A stretch of 64,000 nt of DNA from Azolla caroliniana. Taxonomy: Eukaryota > Plantae > Polypodiophyta. Of this stretch, positions 63,547 through 64,000 are shown one piece after another (positions within the stretch are counted from its first letter, which is position 1; each line of letters begins with the position of its first letter). The position numbers and the translations under genes were made by a program. Under the pieces are notes generated by a model that searched no databases, had not been told where the DNA came from, and worked only from the letters and a program-made list of their open reading frames with translations. The stretch is taken from NCBI GenBank assembly GCA_043228905.1, contig JBHGNT010000006.1:12400001-12464000 (forward strand), written 5' to 3'.

Positions 63547-64000
63547 TTCTCATTTGAGAAAGTGTTGAATGCCTAATTTCTTTAGAAATAGAGCCAACTA
63601 AGAAGAGGAATGTTGCAAGAATGTTGTATGGAAAGGGCAAGAAAGGCAAAGTTGAATGCAATGGTGAGTCATATATGTTCTCACCTATCCGGAGAGTTGT
63701 CAACCTAATGCATTGTCTAATACCATGTACTTGTGTTACTAGCTGATGACGAAATGATCTTTGGTGAGGGAGATACAAGTCCAAAACCTGATCGTGAAGA
63801 CGAATTTATCACACTCCCAGGTACACGTCAAAAGTCGGTTTTTGAAAACAATGATTTAGATCATAACAACCCTATGATAGTGTTGCTTTTGGTGCATTTT
63901 ATAGATCATAACAACCCTGTAGAGCACTTAGATGTTGTGGAGAAGATGACCGAGCCTACCACTTGCAATGGGGTATCTACGGTTGTACAGTATGACGATG

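Larger units (their letters stand above)
36865..64000. mobile_element. Outer Sola2-like DNA transposon (left part; right end outside the window)
   Basis: The array stops abruptly at ...TTGTATGA|GGGTCGAAGCATGC, which resembles the inner TIR GGGT(G/A)AAAGCATGC. It carries a homologue of the inner cargo gene in the same orientation. Its transposase and right TIR are not visible. Confidence 0.65.

Overview
This window is repeat-rich nuclear DNA from a land plant, probably a fern or other seed-free plant (inferred from the retroelement types and spliceosomal introns). It contains no intact host protein-coding gene. (1) 1-11.7 kb is a nest of Ty1/copia and Trp-primed gypsy-type (Phygy-like) LTR retroelements. 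It includes a full-length copia with a CACGA target-site duplication (TSD) whose LTRs run into the start of gag and which has no recognisable primer-binding site (PBS). (2) 11.9-36.9 kb is a tandem array derived from tRNA-Lys(CUU). Its homogeneous core has about 37 units of 463 bp, each with a complete minus-strand cloverleaf. The array is interrupted by solo LTRs, an intron-containing CTF7/ECO1 fragment and a chimeric plastid ndhD+psbH insert. (3) 36.9-64 kb is a three-level nest. An outer Sola2-like DNA transposon holds a young Athila-like gypsy element (419-bp LTRs, 2 differences), and the gypsy pol holds a complete 12.5-kb Sola2-like transposon with 25-bp terminal inverted repeats (TIRs), an AGAT TSD and an intact two-exon transposase of about 863 aa. 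Both Sola2-like elements carry a homologous accessory gene (unknown domain, coiled coil, RING; the inner one also has an FCP1/HAD-like exon). In both, the intron after the RING exon is filled with a palindromic minisatellite, and the motif differs between the two elements. This cargo-carrying family is the best candidate for an undescribed system. All family and domain calls are from motif recognition by eye; no database searches were run.
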